64,000 nucleotides of DNA. Origin: Macrostomum lignano (lineage: Eukaryota). The stretch covers positions 1 to 64,000 of the forward strand of contig NIVC01003898.1 of the NCBI GenBank assembly GCA_002269645.1, written 5' to 3'. A program made the translations under genes and the position numbers. The notes below the pieces were generated by a model. The model saw only the letters and a program-made list of their open reading frames with translations, did not search any database and was not told where the DNA came from. Positions 1-11,139 of this stretch are shown piece after piece; the first letter of the stretch is position 1; each line of letters begins with the position of its first letter.

Positions 1-3000
1 CTTAAGCGGTGGTTCCTCATACACTGCTCGGGCCTTGTATGCTGCCTCAGAAGAGTTCAGGCTGAGAGGCAGACGTGCAGCCCATAAGGTATCCATCCTA
101 GTTACTGACGGCAGAAACAGTGGCAAAATGTTGATTAAGCCGGCAGTGAAGAGACTAAAACGCTATGCTGATACTTCCATCGTTGTTGGCATAGGACGCC
201 ACGTGAGCGAGAACGAAATGCGTCTAATTGCATCCGATTACGCCTCAGACGAAATCAGGATATCGAACTTTAGACAGCTAGCTGGAATTGTTGACAAGGT
301 AGTGAGAAAAATCTGTCCTAAGGAGGCAAGCCAGTCAGACCCAAGCCCGGACCAAAACCCGGACCCAAGCCTGGCCCACGACCAGGACCAAAACCAGGAC
401 CGACGCCAGTACCAGGACCCAAACCGGGACCGAAACCAGGACCAAAGCCGGGACCAAAGCCAGGACCAAAGCCGGGACCAAAGCCGGGACCATCAAAATG
501 GCATTGATCTTTACTTCGTTGTTGACTCAAGCAGTTCTGTAACTTCAGATGAGTTCAACTTGATCAAGCAATACATTAAGTCATATGTCAACTCTATCGT
601 AGTCTCGCCAGAAGACACTAGAGTCAGTATTATTCAATACTGGGATCAAGTAACAACGACAGTCGACATCGAAGAATACAGAACCGTGAATGATCTTATC
701 CCTGCGATTGAGAACTTGAAGTATTTCAACGGTCAAAGATCCGTTCTTGGCGATGCGCTAATCCCACATCCAAAATGATTGCAAGGAATGAGCGAAACGT
801 ACCAAAGGTTGTTATTGTTATCGCTGGAACACCGCCAACAAACGGGGAAGCAATCAAAGACGCTGCGCCGAAGCTTATCTACTACGCTGATAAGGTTATT
901 GCTATTGGCGTCAAGAACCACATGCCCAAGACTGAATTGCTGCTGATTTCTACTACCGTGGAGGACACTATCATTATTGAAGAGTACTCGAAACTGCACG
1001 ACACCATCCCTGTTATTATCGAGAAGACCAAGATCAGCGAGCGAAAGAAGCGACCTGCTCCTGGTGGAACTGGTCAAGACATCGTGTTCATTGTGGATAG
1101 CAGTGACTCAATTGGCCAGACCAATTGGAATGTGTACATCAAGGGCCTGCTTAAAGTAATCACTGAGTACGTTGTTGTCTCACCATCAGACACTAGGTTC
1201 GCACTTATCCAGTTCTCGAAGCCAGCACAGGTTGTATTCGGCTTCAAAGACTACACTGACGGAGAAAGTCTTCGAAGGGCTATCAATAAGCTGAAGCCAT
1301 ACCATAGAAGCACCTACCCGTCAATCGGAAACGCACTGAAAGTTGCGGTTGACTATGTCAAGACAAAGAAGCGTTCCGGTGTGCCAACTTCAGCCATTAT
1401 TATCACTGCTAGCACTTCCTCGCCAGAGTTGGGAAGCCGATTGAAGAGGTCATCACAGAAGTCCAAGAGGTGTTCGACTACATTATTCCGGTGGCCATCC
1501 GTAACCGAGTGGACTTGCCCGACCTAGAGAAGCTTGCCAAGCCGGATTCGTCGATGATTATCACCACAGAGGAGCTGGATGAATTGATTCCGCTATCTAA
1601 GCGAATCATTTCTCTTACGACAGTTCGGCTAAGGCAGAGGCCACTTGTTTGCAGAAAACGAAGTCGCGGTGACTTCATCTTTGTCATTGGAGCCGGCTCT
1701 GAAACTGTTAAGCATCGATACTTTGAAGAAATCAAGAGCTTTATTAAAGGTTTCTCATCTGAATACGAGATCGATGAGGGTGCATCCAGAGGTGGAGTCT
1801 TCATTCTGGGATCAAGCTCTCAGAAGGAAATTGGATTGAACATGTTTAGAAGCGACATAGACTTTAGGGCAAGCATCAATAGACTATCTGCTCCGAGCTC
1901 CAGCACAGTGCACTTCCGATCTGGAATGGAAAAAGTTGTGCGCTATGCCAGACGAAGCCGAACAAAAAAGAGACCAGCTACATTGATTTACATTTCGGAT
2001 GGCAGTGAAGTAACAAAGAATGTTTACTCTGTGGCTCCTAAGCTCGCGTCTTCAATCCGAAAGACAATTGTTGTTGGTCTTAAACCAACAATAAAGAGAA
2101 GAGCGCTTCTAAGAACAATGGTCACGGATGTTCGTAATGATTTTGTTAATGTACGTAGAATCCGGGATCTTAGACGAGTCGCGAAAACAATCTCTGGAAT
2201 GACTTGCACTAGAACTAAGAAAGCAGCTAAAGTTAAGAAAACAGAGCCAGGTGTTAAGCGCATCGTTATGAAAGAAAGTAAGCGCTCAGTCACCAAAAAC
2301 GGCTCTAAAAGGCAAAAGACAAAGACCACCAAACGAAAAACTGTCGCAAAGAAGCAGACAAAGAGACAGCGAAAGACGACAGTAAAAATCGAGGGCCAGG
2401 GAGGCAAAAATCGAAAGCGTATTTCCAAGAAGATTATTAAAAAGAATCGAAGAAAGATGAAAAAGAAGATGTCAGTTATCTACGGAACAACAATAATTAG
2501 GGGTTCGCCACGCAGATACATCAAGAAAATTAAATTCGGCAAACGATGGTTTAAGACTCGGGTGATTCGCGTCCTCAAAGGACATGGAAAGAGACGTCGA
2601 GCTAGACGATATCTGCAGATCAGATACAGGAAAAAATGGATTCGATTCAATGTCAAGCGAAAAAGAGTCCAGTTCAGACGCCGATGGTACAAAATCCGAG
2701 TTACACGTCGAAGATTTTTTATTAGAATGAGAAGAAGATGGCGTGCGCTCCAAACAGCAAGAGGAAAGGCATTTGTGACTATCAAGGGTCGAAAGCGCAT
2801 CCTGACTAACAGGAAGCGACGCAACCGAAGACAAAGGAAGCATCGACGTCATATCAAAATTAGATACACCACTAAGATCATAAAGCACAAAAAGATACGA
2901 GTTCCGTCGAACGTAAAACTCGGTTTCAAAAAGGTTCCAGTGAAAGTCGTTTCAAGAAACGGCGCAAAAAAAGGGAAAACGTATAAAACATTGATTCGCA

Positions 3001-4586
3001 TCGGTCGTCGTTGGGTGAGATTCAGTACTAGACAAAGGCGAGTAAGAATCGGAAAAGGATGGTTCCGAGTGACCTACAGAAGAAAAGGACCAGGTGTTGT
3101 GCATCGAAGAAGATGGTATAAGATCAGGGTGACAAAGAAAGGTTTCAAGATTCGCGTGGCAAGAAAATGGCGAGGTCTAGTTACTACTCGGCGAAAGCTC
3201 TATATTCAATATAGAGGAAAAATCTCCCGAGTTGGAAAGCCGCTTGTCGTTCGCTCGCTGAATGGAAAATTTAAGAAGAGAAACAAGAAAAAGCGAGTTA
3301 GCAAGAACCCAAAGCGGCGACATGGTCGATCTAGAAAAAGCAAAAGGCGCCACCGGAAAACAAATAAGAATATAAGTAGCAAAAAGCCAAAACGCCAGAG
3401 AAAAATCACAAAAATCAGTCGCCGAAGCTTCACCAAGGTGAGCGGACGACCTCCGATCCGAATCCGTTTCACCATGAGAAAGATTAATGGCAAGAAGGTT
3501 CGCGTACCCAAAACAGTCAGACTTGGCAGGAAGGTCGTTCCAGTGAAGATCCAACCACGAACCATCGTTAGACGAGGAAAGCGCATCGTCAAAAAAAGAG
3601 TCCTTGTTCGCATTCAAAAGCGCTGGCACCCGTTCAGCGTTCGTCGCAAAAAGATCAAGGTTGGAAAGACGTGGGTTACCGCATACTACAGGAAAAAAGG
3701 CTTCGGACTCAGATACAAGCGTAGATGGGTCAGAACACGCATCACAAGGAGAAAAATCAGAGTTCGTGTCACCGGAAAGTGGAGACAAGTCATCGCAAAG
3801 AGACGCAAAATTTACATCCGCGGGCGCAAAAACAAGCGATACTACACTGGACTAAAAATTCCCAAGCATCTAAGAAGACGAAGCCGAAAGATCCGCTTCC
3901 GCAAAGGAAAAGGCGTCGTGAGACGATCACGAAAGATCCGCTTCCGCAAAGGAAAAGGCGTCGTAAGACGATCACGAAAGATCCGCTTCCGCAAAGGAAA
4001 AGGCGTCGTAAGACGATCACGAAAGATCCGCTTCCGCAAAGGAAAAGGCGTCGTGAGACGATCACGAAAGATCCGCTTCCGCAAAGGAAAAGGCGTCGTG
4101 AGACGATCACGAAAGATCCGCTTCCGCAAAGGAAAAGGCGTCGTGAGACGATCACGAAAGATCCGCTTCCGCAAAGGAAAAGGCGTCGTGAGACGATCAC
4201 GAAAGATCCGCTTCCGCAAAGGAAAAGGCGTCGTGAAAAAGCTTGCTGGCAGACACTCGAAACACAAGGCCCGAGCTGCCTTCGTGAAGAGAAAATGGTA
4301 TCACACGAAAGGAGGAGTTGTCGTTGAGAACGGTCGCAAAATTGTCCTGAATCGGCGCGGAAAGATGCGCCGTAGCAGCAGTAGTCGCAAAATCATGACA
4401 AGTTCCCATAGCAGCCACTCGCACAGAATTAAATTTCACAAGTCAGGAAACGCCTCCGCTGGCTCGTCCTCCAGCAGCAGCATGACACACGAAAGCCACT
4501 CGGTTGTAATGGGCAAGCCAAAAGTGCACGACTCTGGTTGGATAACCACTCATAAAAGCTCGTCTACCTCCTCGAGCAAGACGTAA
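1..4586 (+). CDS. Multi-vWA-domain protein with very long Arg/Lys-rich C-terminal region (5'-partial, four apparent frameshifts; could be a pseudogene or assembly errors)
   Basis: Frame is open from base 2 (LSGGSSYTARALYAASEEF...KVSILVTDG = vWA C-half). Further vWA starts are IDLYFVVDSSSS (~500), DIVFIVDSSDS (~1078) and a degenerate DFIFVIGAGSE (~1670). Frame changes are needed at ~320, ~499, ~763 and ~1420. ORF 1470-4586 is uninterrupted. Basic region runs ~2208-4380, then a Ser/His-rich tail, stop at 4586 and AATAAA at 4647. Confidence 0.8.
322..498 (+). repeat. Coding Pro-Lys-Pro-Gly (12-bp) linker repeat between vWA domains
   Basis: The frame starting at 322 reads GGKPVRPKPGPKPGPKPGPRPGPKPGPTPVPGPKPG..., with variation mostly at third codon positions (cca/ccc/ccg/cct, aaa/aag, gga/ggc). 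Confidence 0.7.
3875..4235 (+). repeat. 45-bp coding tandem repeat, 8 copies (RRSRKIRFRKGKGVV)
   Basis: Near-identical units cgtgagacgatcacgaaagatccgcttccgcaaaggaaaaggcgt, in frame within ORF 1470-4586. Confidence 0.95.
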
Positions 4587-4646
4587 ATTTAATGTTGGCA
4601 AGCTACAGGACTAACCTAAATGATTGTGGCTAACAAAAACTCTGAC

Positions 4647-4652
4647 AATAAA
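4647..4652 (+). promoter_or_regulatory. Putative polyadenylation signal of the vWA-basic gene
   Basis: AATAAA about 60 nt after the stop codon at 4586. Confidence 0.55.
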
Positions 4653-6164
4653 GCGATAAACTCGAATTCTAATACTTTTTAAACGGTGTTATGGGTGTCG
4701 GTTGAGAACTTAAGAACCTTTAACGTATCCAAGTTTTCCTCTGATTCCAGTTTCAATTTTACTTTATTATTATTGTTCCATTTATTTGTGTTTTGATGAA
4801 GGGTAATGGGAAGCAGATCGATTTCGGAAAATTTCAAAGTTAGAACAAAGTTAAATAAAAGATTTTAAAATGCTAAGGCTCAAAACTCTCAGCTTGGATC
4901 TATCCAAAACTTTCTGCTGCTCAATATCCTGCTCAGCTCAGCCCATGCACGTATTGAAAGCTATTTACCAGGAATCCTATTTTCTCTCTAAAATTTACGC
5001 AACATTTTCTCTCAAATAAAATGACGAAAAAAGACAAAACGCAACGCTTGCTCACTCAATATAAATTTTAAAATGAATGCCTTTGCTGTCTTTTGTGTTG
5101 AAGATATCAATCAGATTTCAAATCCAGATGCATGCCGCAATCCTGCCGTATTAGAAACGCTAAGGGCATGTTAACTTACATGTAAGCACTGGAATTCAGC
5201 TAGGTAAAGTTATGAACCAAACCGATTACACTCAACTTGCTTGCTGGACTAGTCGACTATAGATTCTTCATCTTTACTAGGGGAATCGGTGTGTTGTTTA
5301 GCACTGATTTTTAAAGGTGCAGAAGTAAAATGAAGCGTGCATTGAAATTTTAAAAGATATCTAGAGCTTCTGAAGCTGCAACAATCGCACTGGTTTTTTA
5401 CACGCAGACCCATTAAATTAGCCTCTTCATCCTGTTATACCGACTCCAGACTGCCTTATAGTCAAAATTGTTTGAAAAGAAGAGAGATAAAGGGGTCACG
5501 CCATGGATGAATAAAACCCTAGCTGGATTGCTCGTTGGCCTTAAATTTCGGGCCGTAACGCGAAGCCTCTTTTACACTGATTGGCTACTGAAGATCCGTT
5601 AGTTTTCTATGGTAAAACGTTATAAGCTGCAGTGCTTTTGAACGGAAAGCTTAGTAAATAGCTCGTAACAGTTCTCTGGCTAGCAACTTGAAATGTATCT
5701 TCACATTAAGTAAATAATGTTTATACCAGCTACTTACGCTATCGTGTTATGGTAGTCAGAAAGAAAAACTAATGTTTATTTGCTAGTAAGTATTGTGTTA
5801 ATAGTAGATCTGGTGATTCCCCGTTGAAATCTCGCTATTCATTCACCAAGTTGTGCTAGGCCTAACTGCTCTATCTTACTAAACTGTCACTGAATTGTCT
5901 ACTTCCAATAGCGTTGTCTGCTTCGAACTACGATTTTTCCTTGAAATTCCTAATTCACGTGATTTCCTAGAAACCTCGTGATAGCGTGCAGTGCCCGAAC
6001 GGTATGACACTGTCTAATTTCCTAATTCAGTCCGGAAGTCTGCGTTTTCCGAGGATCAAGGGTGTCCAACGGTAGCTAATTTATTCCCTAATGCCTAATT
6101 TCTTAGCGCCTAATAAGTTTTATCAGCCTGCACGGCTTTCTTGGGGTCTGCACGACCTTAAATT

Positions 6165-6265
6165 TCCCCTTTTAGTCTCCTATTCTGGGTCTTCACGACC
6201 TTTAAGTTCTCCCTATTCTGACTCCTAACTCTGGGTCTCCACGACCTTTAGTTCTCCCTATTCAG
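6165..6265. repeat. Short diverged tandem repeat, ~45-bp unit, about 2.5 copies
   Basis: cacgaccttta...ttctccctattct...tctgggtct recurs three times. Confidence 0.6.
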
Positions 6266-6630
6266 TAAAGAAATAGCGAAACAAGTCTTAACGGAAGTTT
6301 TAGAGTTGAACTTCAAATTCTAAGAGTTATTAAGCGGTACCAGAGAACGAGTTATTTATTTTTTCCAGCCCAAACTGCTTCCTTAAGTTTCTTATATAGT
6401 AATTCACAAGAGGAGGAGGGGTGAGCAACATACGTTTAAACAGAAAAAGCAATGGAATTTATAACAAAATAACGTTTTAAATAAAATTTTACAATATTAA
6501 AACAAAAGGGGAGAATTTTTTTGATTGGTTGGGATCAATGCGCATGGTTAATTACTATAAGTAGAATGATTAGGTTATTTATACAACCCTGTCTCAATTG
6601 TTAAGTAGAGGATTAAACATACGTAGAAAT

Positions 6631-7003
6631 CAGGGACGACTAAAACACTCGAAACGAGCCAAATCATGAAAAAAAGTTAGGGGCTCGTTAAGTCTATGGG
6701 CGCCCAGTTTTTCATGCATTACGATCAGCTTAGCTGCTGAAAAGAGTAAAGCCACAGTTCTTTGTTCTTTAATTGTTCGGCTTTCTTCTGAGTTATGATT
6801 TCATCTGCAATTAAAAACGCTGCACTTTCTCGGCATTTTTTACATTCGCACAAGAGTTGAGAGGGCTTGTTATTTGCCCTCACACTTTTTGAGACTTGAG
6901 AGTTGCGATTGGAATGGCCATAGAACGCTGCTTTCAAACGAGCCCCCAACTTTTTCACCATCATTTGGCTCGTTTCGCGTCCCGAGTGTTTATAGTTGTC
7001 CCT
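6631..7003. mobile_element. MITE-like element with imperfect terminal inverted repeats
   Basis: 6631-6689 (cagggacgactaaaacactc-gaaacgagccaaatcatg-aaaaaagttaggggctcgtt) is the reverse complement, with small indels, of 6937-7003. Confidence 0.6.
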
Positions 7004-7032
7004 GGTAGAAATATCACGTGATATTATTAAAT

Positions 7033-7260
7033 TGATGAGGACGCACTTTTTTCCAAATCCCGCGCTAGCACATGGGCTCTAAACTTACTAGCCTACTAAC
7101 AGTGGGCAATGGGCATTTTTTATCCTTTTTCTGCAAATAGTCATAGAATCTATACTAGATATAATGTCTGGCCATACTAGTAGTCATAATAACATAGGCG
7201 CAGCTTTTTGGGTCATAAATCATCGCTTTCGAAGTTGGTCTGACAGCCACCTGCGCCTCA
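7033..7260 (+). mobile_element. Dispersed repeat, copy 1 (unclassified)
   Basis: Starts tgatgaggacgcactttt and matches 63783-64000 almost base for base, same orientation. Confidence 0.8.
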
Positions 7261-7530
7261 CTCAGTGTTGAGACGGGCGCCAGATGGTCTGAGAGGATGC
7301 GGGCGATAGCTTTTTTCTCATCATTTTGACAGGCCATCAAGATTTATGAGGTCAGAGCCTATTGTTCGTGTTCACTCAGGCGTGTGACAGCTTTGACAGC
7401 TATGCGTTTTACCCCTAAAAGTACTTTGGGATTAGCGATTAGCAATTTCTCTTCATTATCTTCACTTTCTATTTAATAAGAGCTTTCTAATGTATATTTT
7501 TTCATTAATTTTTGTCAATCCTACGCGGAA

Positions 7531-8964
7531 TGTCATAAATAATTTTGTTGCGATTTTGATTGATTTATGGCCGCACCTGTCATCTTTTTACGACCCTGTG
7601 GGAACTGATAGGATCTCCCGGTCACGTGATTCTGGGTGGCAACGAGCTTAGCCAATCAGAAAATTCGGCGCTCATTTTAACAAATCGGCTCAGCCAATCA
7701 GAATCGACGTGTTCCATTATAACAAACTGCGGTCCAGTTGGCGGCTATTTAAACCGGAGTTTTTGGCCCGCTCGGACTTCAACCTGCGTTTACCCTGGTC
7801 CCGGTTCAACCAACTTTTCTTGCGTCGGGCTGTCACGGCTGCACCGGCCAGGAATTGACCGTCGTTTCTTGATCCCCGGATCGCGACTCCCCCCATCATC
7901 ATCAAGGAAGAATCCCCCGGTCATCAGCAGTGAACATCAGAGTGAAGAGCATCACCTGCTAGCTATCAGCGAAGATTGTGACATCAGCAACATCCCGGGC
8001 CTACAGCTGCGAAGCACTAAGCCGATTCGATCACTGTGGATTACCTGGTCTCCGGCTGTTGAGTTTCTGATTGGTTGGGTGAGAGGCTACCTAGACTTGC
8101 TTGATTGGGTGATTCCCTATCTGTCCCCTGTTTCAGTAGCTGGATTAGGCGCACACTTTTGCTCATTTTTTTCAGTAGTGCTGTTGCTGAGGCAGAAATC
8201 ATTCAATAATACTGCTAGTAGTCTGAAACTCCAATTCAATCAGAAGTGCGAAGTGATTTGAAGAGAAGGCTAAATCTGACAGTTATTTTTATCGATTTTA
8301 TTTCTTTGTTCGCCGATGGCTCAGATGAGTAGCTAAGCTAGTAGGCGCCGGTCACAGTGGACCAATAGCAAGGCAGTTCTCAGTCGATCAATCAATCAAA
8401 TCAGTGAGCAAAACTGCCAGAAGTGCAGAATCGGCGCCAGAGATGTACTTTGTGCACTCTAGGCTAGCCAAGCGGCTCGGGTAATGAATCATGCGGTCTC
8501 TGAAGTTCGAGTTAGTCTATCTTCAGCGCTATGAGAGGCTAGTTGGCGCGTTGAAGGTCAAAAGTACAATTCTTCGTATTTAGCAATGTAATAGTACATG
8601 TAGCTACCCCATAGTCTCGCCACTGCAAGAATCCCCTGCACAAGTCCCCTCTGTACCTGCATGGCCAATTCGATCTAGTCCCAGCAGTGTCCCTTATCAT
8701 CGGCTATGACTTCGAGATTGACAGCAAAAAGACACTAGTTGGCAGGTAAGTGCAAAGCCCCTTCTAGTCGGAAGCCCGATTTCGAGAGTCCCGGTGTGGT
8801 GAGCCAGGACGTACGGGCTGGTGGCAGCGAGTTAGCTAACCTGCGGGTTAACTAATTTCTACCTTCAAAATTCTCCCTGCTTGTCTCTCGCTGTCCCTCT
8901 CTTAGCTATAGGACCTAGACTGCTCGCCACACGATCAAGCTACCATGGGGCTGACCATCTGACA
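7531..8964 (+). mobile_element. Possible LTR or LTR-retrotransposon remnant
   Basis: Begins TGTCA, and TGACA occurs at 8277 and 8960. Contains two gccaatcag CCAAT boxes and a TATA-like tatttaaa, as in the solo LTR at 44364. Flanks ggaa/ggag are only a 3/4 TSD match, so boundaries are uncertain. Confidence 0.3.
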
Positions 8965-10850
8965 GGAGTGGGGGGCCAGGACTCTAATTGATTTATTTCT
9001 GAGACCTGAGGCCCGAAGGCTTCCCCACAAAAGGGGGCCGGAAGATCGAACCCATCAAAATATTAACCATAGATCTTCTATAGGCACTAGATAGGCCACT
9101 CGATAGTGGCACCCAGCCAAACCATTGAGTCTATGGAAAGCATTCCAAGAAGCGGTGATTTTAGCTAGTTTTCAGTAGTTAATGTGCTTATTCTTCAGTA
9201 GTTGAAACGAGTATTAAATTACATTTTTATTCAGCCGTCTACGTCAGCGTAAGAATTTGGATGCCTTTGCATTACCAGGGTAAGATTATAATCAGCAGAG
9301 TGCGTTTTGAGAGAAATAAATCGTGTATAATTTTGCATCTCACGACAGCGCGAAAATTAACTACCGAACTCAATTTCGTCAGTAGTCTCTGCAGTGAATT
9401 CATGTTTGGCATCTTTGACAGAATTTGCAAATAATGACGCCATGGCAGTTGGCTCACCGTTCCATATTGCATGACAAATCGAGTTGTCTGTGGCTTGCTT
9501 TCTCGATTTGATTCAAACGCTTGGCCATTGAATTCTATAGCCGTTCCGTTTTGCATGCCCACTGTTCCACAAAAGCAATACACTACTGGCTAGTGACTAG
9601 TGACATGATATCATCAAGACTATGGCAAATAAAACGCTTGTAATTTAAAACAAAAAACGCTAACAAAATTACATACTTCGCTGCATCGCAAAACAGAATC
9701 GAATGCAGTATATATAACGTCGAGAAGGAAATATATTTATGTAATAGATATAACAAATTTACAATAAGAAACGTTGGACTAGATTATTTTGAATAAATTG
9801 CACGCGGATTAATGGCATTTATAAATAATAATTAGCTGCAAAGTTTAATAAACAAGACTATGTGTACAGGCACTCCATTGTTAATGAAGATTCGGGTGAC
9901 TTATATTAGTGGCTTATGAATTGCGTAAAACAAATATTTGAACAGAAAAACAATTATACTGCATGTGACCAGTAGCTCGTACTGTCGTAATCAAAAAGTA
10001 CTATATAGAGCTTTTAACAATAGAAAGCTTTCAATTTGGGATTGCTTCTAATTAAAGAATGGTATGCCGATTTTGTCAGACGTTTTTGGTTAGCATCAGC
10101 TATTTGTGATTCTAATCTGTTTTGTTTAGTTAAGGCTGTATAAACTAATCAGTGTTTTGACACTGAGAAACTAAAACCTATAACATATACACGTAGGTAA
10201 GCAAATTGATTTGTTATTTTAGATGGCTTTTATCTTGCAAAGCTCAGCTACTTCTAAGCCTTCTCTCCAGAGGGGAGACACCAATGTTGGTGCCTTCAAT
10301 GTTAATAAACGCTGAAATAAATATGAAATAATATCAAAAACAAACTAGATAAAATATATGGCATCGAATGTTCGGATAAGCGTTGATGCATAACGCAGAG
10401 GAAAGTATTCGTTAAAAAACTGCAGTAAAATATTAAATTTAGACAACATAAAAACCACAAATAACCGTCTTGCTTTTCGCTTTGTCGATTGTTTATAGTC
10501 AATTCGACAATTCACCATCTGTGTATCTGGAAGATCTTAATGAAACCTTTTATTTCCCGGAATCCTTGCAGATAGCTTTTGTTTTAAATAAAACAGTAGG
10601 CGTGGACTCGAACAGATATAAGGTATAAAAACACACGTTAAAATCCGTTTAACGAATCTAGCAGAGAGAAATTTTGCTTACAGATGAATCGCAGCAGTCT
10701 ATTTTAATGCATAGCAGGTCTAAATAAATTTGGTCAACAAGTGGGTTCGTACACAACCGACCAGTGCATCGGAAAGCCAGACTGACTGCAACAGGTGCGC
10801 AATGGAGCTTCCGATTCGGGTGAAATTTTTGGCTTCGTACCGCCACCGAC

Positions 10851-10857
10851 TCACAGG
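10851..10857 (-). CDS. SH3GLB1: Endophilin B putative terminal exon (Ser-Leu-stop) or 3-nt microexon
   Basis: Minus strand reads ttttcAG|CCT GTGAGT. With the phase-2 upstream exon this gives agc ctg tga if read through. Confidence 0.35.
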
Positions 10858-11038
10858 CTGAAAATGAGTGGCAGTTGTCAGCTTTCATTGCATTACATTG
10901 CAATCGATTACATTGCATTACATTGCATTCAGGCAAGATCGTGCGATTTCATATCCTGCTGTTTTTGGCAGGGCCGAGGTAGCTCAGCGTTAACTGTTGC
11001 CCTGACTTATCCAGGTGTAAAAGTTGCGAACCTCTCAC

Positions 11039-11139
11039 CTGCCAAGCTGGCGTTGCAGTTCCTGCATCCGGTTGAATCCCTCAGCGTAGTACTGCATCTG
11101 GGCGTCCACAAACTCGTTCAGACAGCGCAGATGATGAGA
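11039..11139 (-). CDS. SH3GLB1: Endophilin B exon 5 (end of BAR domain)
   Basis: SHHLRCLNEFVDAQMQYYAEGFNRMQELQRQLG+ag, matching endophilin B AHHLRCLNDFVEAQ. Flanked by ctgcAG and GTgaga. Confidence 0.9.

Noticed and set aside
318-530. Minus-strand GPGFGPGF ORF and the plus-strand DQN/RDQS reading
   Set aside because: Shadows of the PKPG linker; third-position variation favours the PKPG frame.
760-1425. Programmed ribosomal frameshifting in the vWA gene
   Set aside because: No X XXY YYZ slippery sites with downstream structure, and four shifts in 1.1 kb would leave negligible product; sequencing error or decay is simpler.
6937-6949. tRNA-Pro primer-binding-site-like tgggggctcgt on the minus strand
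   Set aside because: Only 11 nt, inside an inverted-repeat arm, with no adjacent LTR or gag ORF.
9960-10020. Minus-strand VLFDYDS resembling the SH3 start VLYDYDA
   Set aside because: It is followed by STSYWSHAV-stop, the rest of the SH3 pattern is missing, and the context is AT-rich without splice sites.
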